The notes beneath the pieces were generated by a model. That model was not told the origin of the DNA, did no database searches, and saw nothing but the letters and a program-made list of their open reading frames with translations. Source: Acetivibrionales bacterium (GTDB taxonomy: Bacteria > Bacillota > Clostridia > Acetivibrionales > JBMNNH01). Taken from it: a DNA stretch of 64,000 nt. The stretch's first letter is position 1. Each line of letters starts with the position of its first letter. Positions 19,635-28,683 of the stretch are shown here, in pieces. The position numbers and the translations under genes are program-made. The stretch spans positions 14,607-78,606 of the forward strand of contig JBMNNH010000007.1 in NCBI GenBank assembly GCA_050953835.1, read 5' to 3'.

Positions 19635-20795
19635 GTGAAAAAGAATCTTTCAAAACTTTTGATTCTTATTGTGGTTGTTTCATTACTAATGTCCGGTTGT
19701 TCTAATAATAAAACAAGCGAATCGGATTCGAATGATATAACCTTTATTGATTTAGCCGAAAGGGAAATACAATTGCAATCTTTGCCGCAAAAATTCATTG
19801 TGGCAAATTATATTTCCAACTTCCTTATGGTCGGTGGGGCGAAAAGCCTGGATAAAGTTGTAGGTATGACCCTTGATGGGTGGGAGGACACACGTTATGG
19901 TGAATATAAAGTATTTACTGATGCTTTCCCACGCATGCTGGGTGCGAAGGATGGCATTGTAAGTATAGGTGGTTATCATGATGATGTATTAAACACCGAA
20001 TTGATTGTGTCATTATCGCCTGATGTAATACTAATGAGTAACTCTCAATATATTGAAAATAACCAGAGTATTTCAACTTTTGAACGAGCAGGAATTGCAG
20101 TTGTTGTTCTTGATTACCATGCTCAAAAATTGGAGAACCATACGAAAAGTACAGAAATTCTAGGTAAGCTTTTGGGTAGGGAACAAGTTGCCAAAGAACA
20201 GATAGATGCCTATGTAAAAGCAATTAACGAAGTCAATGAAAGAATTGCATCGTTGCCTGATGAACAAAAGCATAAAAAAGTTTATGTAGAACTTGGCAAC
20301 AAAGGTGTAGGTGAATATGGCAACAGTTATAGCAATGACATGCTTTGGGGAGCAATTGTGAATAATATTGAAGCTGATAATCTGGGCGCTGGATTGGATT
20401 CAGGTTATGGAGTTTTAGACAGGGAATTTGTAATTACATCAAATCCCGATGTAATATTTATCGGTGGCGCTATTTGGTCAGCTGACACAAATAATGATCA
20501 GATGAGAATGGGATTCACAATTGATGAAGTGACTGCTCAGGAGAGACTAAGAGGTTTTGCCAGCAGACCGGGCTGGCAAGCTTTGAATGCAGTGAAAAAC
20601 GGAGAAATATACGGAGTAGATCATGGTAGCTTGCGGAATATGATTGACTACACTTTTACTCAATTTTTGGCCAAAGCATTGTATCCCGAAGCATTTGAAG
20701 ATATTGATCCTGTAAAAACAATTAATGAATATTATGAGAAATATCTTCCGGAATTAAAATACACAGGGACATTCATGATAAAACTGCAATCATAG
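19635..20795 (+). CDS. ABC transporter substrate-binding lipoprotein (iron-siderophore/cobalamin-type periplasmic binding protein fold)
   Basis: Lipobox LLMSGCSNN. PF01497-like size and pattern. It is followed by a FecCD permease and an ATPase. GTG start 7 nt after GGAGGAG. Confidence 0.7.
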   Translation: MKKNLSKLLILIVVVSLLMSGCSNNKTSESDSNDITFIDLAEREIQLQSLPQKFIVANYISNFLMVGGAKSLDKVVGMTLDGWEDTRYGEYKVFTDAFPRMLGAKDGIVSIGGYHDDVLNTELIVSLSPDVILMSNSQYIENNQSISTFERAGIAVVVLDYHAQKLENHTKSTEILGKLLGREQVAKEQIDAYVKAINEVNERIASLPDEQKHKKVYVELGNKGVGEYGNSYSNDMLWGAIVNNIEADNLGAGLDSGYGVLDREFVITSNPDVIFIGGAIWSADTNNDQMRMGFTIDEVTAQERLRGFASRPGWQALNAVKNGEIYGVDHGSLRNMIDYTFTQFLAKALYPEAFEDIDPVKTINEYYEKYLPELKYTGTFMIKLQS

Positions 20796-20889
20796 TTGAA
20801 AAAACAATTACTGAATTAAGCATACTATAAAGATGTGAGGGGATTATTCTCAGTATCTTTGCAGCATATAATAAAAGTATAGTAGTAGG

Positions 20890-21933
20890 ATGATATGTTT
20901 GATTGTTAATGGCAATAGGAATGTATACAGAAATATAAATAAAAAAAGAATAATAATAGTGTTATGCACGATTGTAATTTTTTTGCTGGCGTTTATTACA
21001 GACTTGTCAACAGGCTCATCAGATATGACGGTTGGAGATTTGGTCCGGTCATTATTTGGAGGAGCAAAGGATAAAGGAGTTTATTCTTTTGTTGTATGGA
21101 ATATTCGCCTACCGATGAGTTTGACCTGTGTGTTTGTAGGCGCTTCTTTAGGCATAGCGGGGCTGCAATTGCAGACAATTACAAACAATGCTCTTGCAAG
21201 CCCATATACCTTTGGAATTACTGCAAGTGCCAGTTTTGGCGCAGCAGTATCAATAACGTCGGGATTTATCATAGCAGGGCAATTGTGGCTTGGTACTTCC
21301 TTATTAGCTTTTTTCTTTGCATTGCTGGTTTCCCTGTGCATTTATTTAATAGGTAAGGTTCGGGGAATATCTACGACTACATTGGTATTAACTGGGATAA
21401 TTATGAATTTCTTTTTTTCCGCGCTTCAGCAACTTCTTCAGTACAGAGCATCTGCAGAGATTGCACAGATTATTTCAAGCTGGACGTTTGGAAACCTGGC
21501 TCGTTCAACATGGACAAGTGTTGTTGTCAGCGCATTATCGACAATATGTTGTTTTTTGATTTTGATGCGATGGTCGTGGAGACTGACAGCCTTAACAGCA
21601 GGAGAAGAGAAGGCTGCAAGTTTGGGGATAAATATTGAGAATTTGCGTTTTAAAGTCTTTATCATAAGCTCTTTTTTAATTTCCGGTGCTGTATCATTTA
21701 TTGGTACAGTAGCTTTCGTTGGTTTAGTTGCACCACACTGCGCGCGGCTGCTGTTAGGAGATGATCAGAGGTATTTACTGCCGCTCTCCATGTTGTTTGG
21801 CGGAATGCTGATGCTATTCTCGTCAATAATTTCGAAATTACTGACGGTTGGGTCAATGTTACCCATAGGAATCATTACTTCTATCGTTGGAGTTCCATTT
21901 TTATTTATTCTTTTAATAAGGAAAAGGGGTTAG
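20890..21933 (+). CDS. Iron-chelate uptake ABC permease (FecCD family)
   Basis: About 9 TM segments and a FecCD-type C-terminus (GSMLPIGIITSIVGVPFLFILLIRKR). The exact start is uncertain because no good SD is present. Confidence 0.75.
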   Translation: MICLIVNGNRNVYRNINKKRIIIVLCTIVIFLLAFITDLSTGSSDMTVGDLVRSLFGGAKDKGVYSFVVWNIRLPMSLTCVFVGASLGIAGLQLQTITNNALASPYTFGITASASFGAAVSITSGFIIAGQLWLGTSLLAFFFALLVSLCIYLIGKVRGISTTTLVLTGIIMNFFFSALQQLLQYRASAEIAQIISSWTFGNLARSTWTSVVVSALSTICCFLILMRWSWRLTALTAGEEKAASLGINIENLRFKVFIISSFLISGAVSFIGTVAFVGLVAPHCARLLLGDDQRYLLPLSMLFGGMLMLFSSIISKLLTVGSMLPIGIITSIVGVPFLFILLIRKRG

Positions 21934-21937
21934 TATT

Positions 21938-22699
21938 ATGATAAAATTAATAATCGAAAAATTAAATGTAAATTATTCGAATCAACAAATCTTAAAAAAT
22001 ATTTCTGCCACATTCCATGGAGGGCAAATGACGGCAGTAATTGGCAAGAACGGCGTTGGCAAAACCACCTTTATCAAAGCAATCGCCAACCAGGTGAAAC
22101 GAAGTGGAATGGTAAGTTTGTTAGATGATACAGATGAAACAATTTACCCGGAAACTGATATAGCATACTTGCCTCAATGGGGATCAGTAGCTTCAAAGCT
22201 GACAGTATTTGAAATGGTTCTTTTAGGCCTTGTTAAAGACCTGCACTGGAGAGTTACAGAACAACAGATTGCGTCTGTAAACGAGGTTCTAACAGAACTA
22301 AATCTGCTGGAACTAAGCAGCAAGCCATTTGATAATTTAAGCGGCGGGCAAAAACAACTTGTATCAATGGCGCAATCATTAGTGTCAAAACCTAAGGTAT
22401 TATTGCTGGATGAGCCCACAAGCGCCTTGGATTTAAGGCATCAATTAATTGTTATGGATCTGGCAAAGGAATACACAAAAAAAATGGGCACTATTTCAAT
22501 TTTTGTTGTTCATGACCTGTTTTTGGCCTCAAGGTATTGTGATAGCATGGTGTTATTGGACGATATGAAGATCAAGGTTCATGATAAACCTGAGAAGGTG
22601 CTGATTCCAGAGGTGCTTGAAGATATTTATAATGTGAAAGTAAGTGTAGAAAAAAGCTCGCTGGGATATTTCAATGTAGTTCCGGTAATGCCGTTATAA
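21938..22699 (+). CDS. ABC transporter ATP-binding protein (FepC/FhuC-like)
   Basis: Walker A GKNGVGKTT, signature LSGGQKQ, Walker B LLLDEPTSALD. The gene starts 4 nt after the permease stop. Confidence 0.85.
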   Translation: MIKLIIEKLNVNYSNQQILKNISATFHGGQMTAVIGKNGVGKTTFIKAIANQVKRSGMVSLLDDTDETIYPETDIAYLPQWGSVASKLTVFEMVLLGLVKDLHWRVTEQQIASVNEVLTELNLLELSSKPFDNLSGGQKQLVSMAQSLVSKPKVLLLDEPTSALDLRHQLIVMDLAKEYTKKMGTISIFVVHDLFLASRYCDSMVLLDDMKIKVHDKPEKVLIPEVLEDIYNVKVSVEKSSLGYFNVVPVMPL

Positions 22700-22812
22700 T
22701 TGGCATTGGTGCATTTTTTCTTTATGCCTATTAAGGGTATATAGAAGTGTGGGAAAAAATGTATTGACAATTAGCTCTGAAATATTATAGTATATAATCA
22801 TAAAATAAATAA

Positions 22813-22897
22813 ATCTGGGGAGCTGGTTATTACCGGCTGAGAGGGAACCTTTTGTTCCGACCCATATAACCTGAACTGGATAATGCCAGCGGAGGTA
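22813..22897 (+). promoter_or_regulatory. TPP (THI-box) riboswitch
   Basis: CTGGGGAGC...GGCTGAGAGGGAACC...ACCTGAACTGGATAATGCCAGCGGAGG matches the THI element core. A thiT-like gene lies downstream. Confidence 0.85.
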
Positions 22898-22922
22898 GCA
22901 TATTGTTAGTAGCATATTGTTA
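22895..22922 (+). repeat. Perfect 14-bp tandem duplication (GTAGCATATTGTTA x2)
   Basis: Read directly. It spans the 3' edge of the TPP aptamer and the linker to the terminator. Confidence 0.9.
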
Positions 22923-22935
22923 TCAGTGTTTATTC

Positions 22936-22976
22936 AAAACCCTTTATCCGATTCAGGTGAAGGGTTTATTTATTTT
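22936..22976 (+). terminator. Intrinsic terminator (TPP riboswitch expression platform)
   Basis: AAAACCCTT-(15 nt)-AAGGGTTT followed by ATTTATTTT. Confidence 0.75.
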
Positions 22977-23008
22977 AGTAAATTATTTATGTAATGGGGA
23001 GGTAAAAG

Positions 23009-23674
23009 ATGTTTGAAGGATTTTCAATTGTTATTTTTGAGTATTTATCAAAGCTGGCACAGCCAAGGTCGCTTATATCCATATTTGCACTTGTAGTTCT
23101 GGCAGTAATATTTATTGTGATTAGCAAAAGGGCAGCATTCAATACAAAGATTATAGCTTATGGAGCGATAGCTATAGCTGCTTCATTTGTTCTGTCGTTT
23201 GTTAAGGTTATTCAGTTTCCAAATGGCGGCTCTGTTACAGTCGCCAGTATGTTGCCGCTGTTTATTTTTGCATTTATTGCAGGGCCAAGGGCAGGTGTTG
23301 CTGCAGGATTATGCTATGGTATGCTGCAGTTTATACAGGAGCCGTATTTGGTACACTGGACCCAATTCCTATTGGATTATCCTATTGCTTTTGCAATGCT
23401 GGGACTTGCCGGACTGTTCAGGAAAAACATGTATGCAGGTGCGGTTGCAGGAAGTGCGGGAAGGTTATTATGTCATTTTCTCTCGGGGGTGGTATTTTTT
23501 GCGGAATATGCAGGAGACCAGAATGTATTCCTCTACTCATTTTTGTATAACTCTTCCTATATACTGCCCGATGCTGTAATATGCATGGGCATACTTGCCA
23601 TATCAAATATAAGAGAAATAATAAACAGGATGAGCGTATTTGGTACAAAGGGCGGAGTTGAGCAGCCCCATTAA
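23009..23674 (+). CDS. thiT: Thiamine ECF transporter S-component ThiT-like
   Basis: 221-aa, 6-TM protein (FPNGGSVTVASMLPLFIFAFIAGPRAG...) directly behind a TPP riboswitch. Confidence 0.75.
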   Translation: MFEGFSIVIFEYLSKLAQPRSLISIFALVVLAVIFIVISKRAAFNTKIIAYGAIAIAASFVLSFVKVIQFPNGGSVTVASMLPLFIFAFIAGPRAGVAAGLCYGMLQFIQEPYLVHWTQFLLDYPIAFAMLGLAGLFRKNMYAGAVAGSAGRLLCHFLSGVVFFAEYAGDQNVFLYSFLYNSSYILPDAVICMGILAISNIREIINRMSVFGTKGGVEQPH

Positions 23675-23723
23675 TTGATAATTATTTATAAAGTTTTATA
23701 TTTTGTTCGAATAGGTTTAAAAG

Positions 23724-23755
23724 AATGGCAGCTTATATAAGTTGCCATTTTTTTG
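23724..23755 (+). terminator. Intrinsic terminator after thiT
   Basis: AATGGCAGC-ttatataa-GTTGCCATT followed by a T-run. Confidence 0.8.
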
Positions 23756-23860
23756 ATTTCTTCATTTTTTTTCAACATTATTTGCGTTTTGCTATTGACT
23801 TTTTGTTGTTTGGTGTCTATTCTTAATTTAAGGCTTTAAAACATCATATTGATACAATTG

Positions 23861-24021
23861 GATAGAGGCGCGGGCGTTACGAGTAATCTGTTATATATGG
23901 CTTGGCACTGTAACAGACGAAAAGATAGACCGTCGAAGTTTCGGTTTCCTGCCAGGAGGATCCGTTGCTGGGCTGTTGCAGAACATGCATCAGACTGTCA
24001 CTTAAGGGTGGAGAGCTATCG
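23861..24021 (+). promoter_or_regulatory. Lysine riboswitch (L-box)
   Basis: GATAGAGGCGC at the 5' end, internal CCGTCGAAG, and 3' ACTGTCA...GGTGGAGAGCTATC closing P1 (GATAG/CTATC). Confidence 0.8.
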
Positions 24022-24034
24022 TGTATAATGTAAT

Positions 24035-24069
24035 AATCATGAGGTATCTCTATGTCTCATGATTTTTTA
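24035..24069 (+). terminator. Intrinsic terminator (L-box expression platform)
   Basis: AATCATGAG-(12 nt)-CTCATGATT followed by TTTTAT. Confidence 0.8.
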
Positions 24070-24170
24070 TTAGCTAAACAACTCAAACCCTGCATATTAG
24101 GAATGTGTTCAAGTTTACTATCAAACTACGAAGTTTGAGAGAATAATCAAAATAATTTTGGAGGTGTGTT

Positions 24171-25817
24171 ATGAATCGGAGAAAACTGCTTGCACTGCTT
24201 GTTGTTATTACAGTAATGTTAATTGCATTCACGATGCAGTCGTTTGCAGAGGACGCATCAGGCGAAGTATTTCAGAGTAATGTTTACGCAACTTTCTGGT
24301 CTCTTGTTCCGCCAATAGTTGCAATTGCTCTCGCTCTTATTACAAAAGAGGTGTACAGTTCACTCATTGCAGGTATCATTTGTGGAGCTTTGCTTTATGC
24401 AAACTTCAACCCTATTACAGCCTACAATACAATCTTTACAGAAGGCTTTATATCTTCCCTTGCTGACAGCTGGAATGTTGGTATCCTTATCTTTCTAGTC
24501 ATACTGGGGATTATTGTATGTCTGATGAATAAAGCCGGAGGCTCATCAGCATATGGCAAATGGGCAAGTGAAAGGATCAAATCCAGAAAAGGCGCCATCC
24601 TTTCTACCATGGGTCTTGGTATTCTCATATTTGTGGATGACTACTTCAACTGTCTGACTGTTGGTAATGTTATGAGGCCAATTACTGACAAGCATAGGAT
24701 TTCTCGAGCAAAATTAGCCTATATTGTAGATGCAACTGCCGCACCCATATGCATGATTGCTCCCATATCTTCCTGGGCAGCTGCCGTTACCGGCTTTGTT
24801 GAAGGCTACGATGGACTGGAGCTTTTTATTCGTGCAATACCCTACAACCTGTATTCACTCCTAACCATTGCAATGATTATTTTTATTACCTTAATTGGAA
24901 TTGAATACGGACCAATGAGAAAACACGAAGAAAACGCTATTCTAACTGGCGATATCTATACTACGCTCGACAGGCCTTTTGAAGGCCAGGATGTGGAAGT
25001 ACCTGCCGGAAAAGGGAAGGTTATCGACCTTGTTATCCCTGTACTTGTTTTGATAGTTTTCTGCATACTTGGTATGGTTTACACAGGTGGAATTCTGGAA
25101 GGAGAAAATATTATTGATGCTTTTGCCAATTGTGATGCTTCTCTCGGGCTGTCACTTGGTTCATCCATCGCACTTATAATTATTGTCATATATCTTCTTG
25201 CCCGTAAGGTTATTAGCTTCAATGAATGCATGGAATGCTTCCCCAGCGGATTTAAGGCTATGGTTCCCGCTATTCTTATTCTTACTTTTGCATGGACATT
25301 GAGCGGAATAACAAGCCTTCTCGGAGGGAGTGAATTTGTAAGCAGCATTTTTAAGGGCGGCGCAGCAGGCCTCAAGCTGTTCCTTCCGGCAATTGTATTT
25401 GCTGTGGCTGTTGGTATGTCTTTCTCAACCGGTACCTCCTGGGGAACCTTCGGAATTTTGCTTCCAATAGTGGTTGCAGTAGGCCTTGAGCCTGAATTAC
25501 TGGTAATTTCCGTTTCAGCTTGTCTTGCCGGTGCTGTTTGTGGAGATCATTGCTCCCCGATTTCCGATACAACAATTATGTCTTCAACAGGAGCCATGTG
25601 CAGCCACATTAACCATGTTTCAACACAGCTTCCTTACGCATTGACTGTCGCAGTAGTATCCTTTGTGGGGTATATCCTTGCTGGTTTTATCCAGTCAGCC
25701 TGGATCATACTTCCGGTATCGCTTGCCATGATGTTTGGTACACTTTATGTAATAAAACTGCTTACAACAAATAGAACTAAGGCTTTAAGCAAAACTAAGG
25801 TTTTAGGTAAAGCTTAA
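24171..25817 (+). CDS. NhaC-family Na+/H+ antiporter-like transporter (probable lysine-regulated amino-acid transporter)
   Basis: 548-aa polytopic protein with NhaC-type C-terminal half. An L-box lies upstream. GGAGGTG RBS. Confidence 0.7.
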   Translation: MNRRKLLALLVVITVMLIAFTMQSFAEDASGEVFQSNVYATFWSLVPPIVAIALALITKEVYSSLIAGIICGALLYANFNPITAYNTIFTEGFISSLADSWNVGILIFLVILGIIVCLMNKAGGSSAYGKWASERIKSRKGAILSTMGLGILIFVDDYFNCLTVGNVMRPITDKHRISRAKLAYIVDATAAPICMIAPISSWAAAVTGFVEGYDGLELFIRAIPYNLYSLLTIAMIIFITLIGIEYGPMRKHEENAILTGDIYTTLDRPFEGQDVEVPAGKGKVIDLVIPVLVLIVFCILGMVYTGGILEGENIIDAFANCDASLGLSLGSSIALIIIVIYLLARKVISFNECMECFPSGFKAMVPAILILTFAWTLSGITSLLGGSEFVSSIFKGGAAGLKLFLPAIVFAVAVGMSFSTGTSWGTFGILLPIVVAVGLEPELLVISVSACLAGAVCGDHCSPISDTTIMSSTGAMCSHINHVSTQLPYALTVAVVSFVGYILAGFIQSAWIILPVSLAMMFGTLYVIKLLTTNRTKALSKTKVLGKA

Positions 25818-25856
25818 GCTAAAGTAATACACATTTTTGCTTCAGGAAGCGATTTT

Positions 25857-25882
25857 AAGGGTATGGTACTGTCCATACCCTT
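25857..25882. terminator. Bidirectional hairpin between convergent genes
   Basis: AAGGGTATGG-tactgt-CCATACCCTT. Confidence 0.6.
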
Positions 25883-25905
25883 AACTCTTTCTATTCCTGA
25901 CTTTA

Positions 25906-26493
25906 TTAATCTAATTCCATAGTCATATTAATCAGTTTTCCATTCAGTTCTTTTACTTCAGAAGCATCGTGAGTAACCAGGACAACCGTTTTCCCGCAAG
26001 AATTGGCTTTTACGTATTGCAGAACAGAGCGTTTTGTATCGGTGTCCAGACCCTTAAATGGCTCATCCATGAAAATTATTTTACTTTCAGCTAACATGGC
26101 ACGTACTATTGCAACCCTTCGGCGCATACCGCCGCTTAACTTACTAGCCTCCAGGTGAATGCTGTCTTCTTTAATCCCGATGTTTATTAAATGCTTCTTA
26201 ATAATTTGAGCATTAACATCTTTTGAGCAAACCATACGCACATTGGAAACTGCACTAAACGGTTCACAAAGGCGGTCCTCCTGGAATACAGCGCTTTTTT
26301 CACTTGGTACACCGGTAATTGTGCCGCTGTCCGGAGTCAGAAGACCCATCAGCATATGCAAAAGGGTAGTTTTTCCACAGCCGGACGGGCCCATAATACA
26401 GTTGTACTGATGCTTATACAGTATTGAAGAAAAATTGTTTATTACTACTTTATCGCCAAAACGCTTGGAAAGGTTATTGATGCAAATATTCAT
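25906..26493 (-). CDS. ABC transporter ATP-binding protein (short, NitT/TauT-like)
   Basis: Walker A GPSGCGKTT, signature LSGGMRRR, Walker B IFMDEPFKGLD. Confidence 0.8.
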   Translation of the reverse strand: MNICINNLSKRFGDKVVINNFSSILYKHQYNCIMGPSGCGKTTLLHMLMGLLTPDSGTITGVPSEKSAVFQEDRLCEPFSAVSNVRMVCSKDVNAQIIKKHLINIGIKEDSIHLEASKLSGGMRRRVAIVRAMLAESKIIFMDEPFKGLDTDTKRSVLQYVKANSCGKTVVLVTHDASEVKELNGKLINMTMELD

Positions 26494-26502
26494 CCCAACA
26501 CT

Positions 26503-27309
26503 TCACCTCGGTTTTAAAAAAGATTTCAGTATGTATATAAATAGTTTTTCAGAAAGAATACTCAGTACAATTATGGCAACGGTCCACGCAAATAGGTCAA
26601 CTGAACTGAAATATACCTTTGCCTCATACAGCTTCTCTCCAATGGAACCCTCAGGTATACCGATTACTTCTGCAGCTATACCCGCCTTCCAAGACATTCC
26701 AATAGATACACTGCAGGCTGAAAGCAAATATGGCTTAAGCTGCGGAATATAAATATAATACAGCTTTCGCCACCATCTTACCCTAAAAAGGTCTGCCATC
26801 TCCAGAAGTTTTTGATCAGTATCTCTTATACCATGTAAAGCATTAGTATATACAATTGGCAATACTATAAGAAAAGCTATAAAAACAGACAAGCTTTTTG
26901 AACTGAGCCAAATAAGGCATAATACAATAAATGAAGCTACAGGGGTAGATTTAACAGCAAGCATATATGGAAACAGCATTGTTTCAACAATGCGAAAACG
27001 GCTGGCTAGTATTGCGAAGACAATACCAGCCGCCAATGCTAAAATAAAGCCGTAAACGATTCTGACAAAGGAGAAACCAACAATTCTCCAAAATTCCATG
27101 CTAATACACAGATTAAACAGCCTGCCTGCTACATCCAGAGGAGCAGCAACAAGCAAGGAATTGCCCAGAATCATCGCGAATACCTGCCATACTGCAAGGG
27201 CGGCTATAACGGCCGCCAGCTTTTCAGCTCTTTTTTTATCCCCCATAATAGAAGTCTTGTTCGGGGACCTTTCCGCCGACTGACTTTGGATTCTGTTCAA
27301 AAAGGACAT
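26503..27309 (-). CDS. ABC transporter permease (NitT/TauT-type BPD inner-membrane component)
   Basis: 6-TM permease. ATG 27309 has GGAGGG 8 nt upstream but overlaps the SBP gene by 74 nt. The alternative start 27246 (MGDKKRAEK) overlaps by only 11 nt. Confidence 0.75.
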   Translation of the reverse strand: MSFLNRIQSQSAERSPNKTSIMGDKKRAEKLAAVIAALAVWQVFAMILGNSLLVAAPLDVAGRLFNLCISMEFWRIVGFSFVRIVYGFILALAAGIVFAILASRFRIVETMLFPYMLAVKSTPVASFIVLCLIWLSSKSLSVFIAFLIVLPIVYTNALHGIRDTDQKLLEMADLFRVRWWRKLYYIYIPQLKPYLLSACSVSIGMSWKAGIAAEVIGIPEGSIGEKLYEAKVYFSSVDLFAWTVAIIVLSILSEKLFIYILKSFLKPR

Positions 27310-28216
27310 TCAAATATCCCTCCATAGCATTCTTCATTTTAGTTCCTTGCATATAAGTGATATTACAAAATGGGATAGCTTTTTCAGCGATAGAAGCACT
27401 TACGATATTGAACTTCTCAACAAGTTTAGCTGCTTCAGTAATGTGTGAGTTTACATATTCTGTAGATATCCGGTATTCATCAAGAAATGCTTCAATTTGC
27501 TTGGGATATTGCTCCGCAAAGCCGCTTCGTACGACAAGTACACCGGTAATCATTAAGCTTCCGTTATCAAGGTCAGTCCATTCCTGATTCAGGTCTATAG
27601 CTATACGCAGGTTTTCAAGCTTTGTCTGTGCAACAGTGACATAGGGTTGAGGCAGCATTGCAATACCCTTTCCTGTCTCTGAAAGCATAGAAACAATCTC
27701 AGTAGGCTCGGACTTCCATTCAAGAGTAACATCATTGTCAGGGTTAATTCCGTTTTCACTTAATAAGTAACGCAGACCATATTCAGGAGCTGAACCCTTA
27801 CCGGAGCAGTAAATGGTTTTACCGCGTAAATCATCAAAGGACGTAACTGTATTCCCAACTTCAACAATATAAATAACACCCAGAGTATTAACTGCGAGGA
27901 GCTTAATATCGCCTTTTGTATTATTATAAAGAACAGAAGCCAGGTTTGCAGGGACTGCGGCAATGTCCAGGTTACCCTGTATCAGCTTCGGCGTAACCTC
28001 ATCCGCTGAACCGTAGATGGAAAACGTATAATTGTTTGAAGCATTTCCCTGTTCGGCTGCTTCCATTAAATACACCATACCGATTGAGGTAGGACCTCTA
28101 AGCCCTGCAATACGAAACTCTGGTGTTTCATCAGAAATTTCGGATTCCCCCTGACACCCAGCCAATACAAAAATCATTAGTATAAATACAAGTATAATAC
28201 TTAATATTTTTTTCAT
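27236..28216 (-). CDS. ABC transporter substrate-binding lipoprotein (NMT1/THI5- or SsuA-like fold)
   Basis: MKKILSIILVFILMIFVLAGCQGE lipoprotein signal. ATG 28216 lies 9 nt after GGAGGAA. The ligand cannot be determined from sequence. Confidence 0.7.
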   Translation of the reverse strand: MKKILSIILVFILMIFVLAGCQGESEISDETPEFRIAGLRGPTSIGMVYLMEAAEQGNASNNYTFSIYGSADEVTPKLIQGNLDIAAVPANLASVLYNNTKGDIKLLAVNTLGVIYIVEVGNTVTSFDDLRGKTIYCSGKGSAPEYGLRYLLSENGINPDNDVTLEWKSEPTEIVSMLSETGKGIAMLPQPYVTVAQTKLENLRIAIDLNQEWTDLDNGSLMITGVLVVRSGFAEQYPKQIEAFLDEYRISTEYVNSHITEAAKLVEKFNIVSASIAEKAIPFCNITYMQGTKMKNAMEGYLNVLFEQNPKSVGGKVPEQDFYYGG

Positions 28217-28305
28217 AATAAACATTCCTCCATAGCACACTTTCATCTTTAATAAAAAAAGCACGCAATAGGCGTGTTAACTATATTATGTGATAACTAT
28301 ATTTT

Positions 28306-28334
28306 ATTATAGTTAATCTGAAATAAGGTGTCAA
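28306..28334 (-). promoter_or_regulatory. Consensus sigma-A promoter for the NitT/TauT-like ABC operon
   Basis: On the minus strand: TTGACA (28334-28329), 17-nt spacer, TATAAT (28311-28306). Confidence 0.7.
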
Positions 28335-28683
28335 ACAGTTATTATGCGCGCGTACATAGATAATATGTCAGTTGAAGAATTTAATCAATATTTATTATAT
28401 CAGCAAGTTATATTAAAATAAATAATTAAAATATTAAAAATATTAAATTTAATATTGACATTATTAATAATATGTATTAATATTAAAGTATAAATTAATA
28501 ATATTAAAAAAGAGCTATGAATGAATCAATATAATTAAATGCCAGATACATAATACAAACATTATTTAGTGTAGAAAAGTAAGCGCCGTCTGAAATAGCA
28601 CATATTGAAACACATGGTGTAAAGGAGAGCATAGTACTGCAGAAGTGTATATGAAATGTATAATGTAAGGAGATGATAAGGTT

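Noticed and set aside
22694-22915. Minus-strand 73-aa ORF from the ORF track.
   Set aside because: It lies antisense across the TPP riboswitch and the end of the ABC ATPase gene, has no RBS, and has an implausible composition.
23187-23579. Alternative-frame ORFs (130 aa and 79 aa) inside thiT.
   Set aside because: They are Cys/Leu-rich out-of-frame translations of a membrane-protein gene, and the ThiT frame explains the region.
28420-28510. AT-rich repeats here and at 31031-31069, considered as a CRISPR array.
   Set aside because: The repeat units are 8-14 bp with no unique spacers of 25-40 bp, and there are no cas genes in the window.
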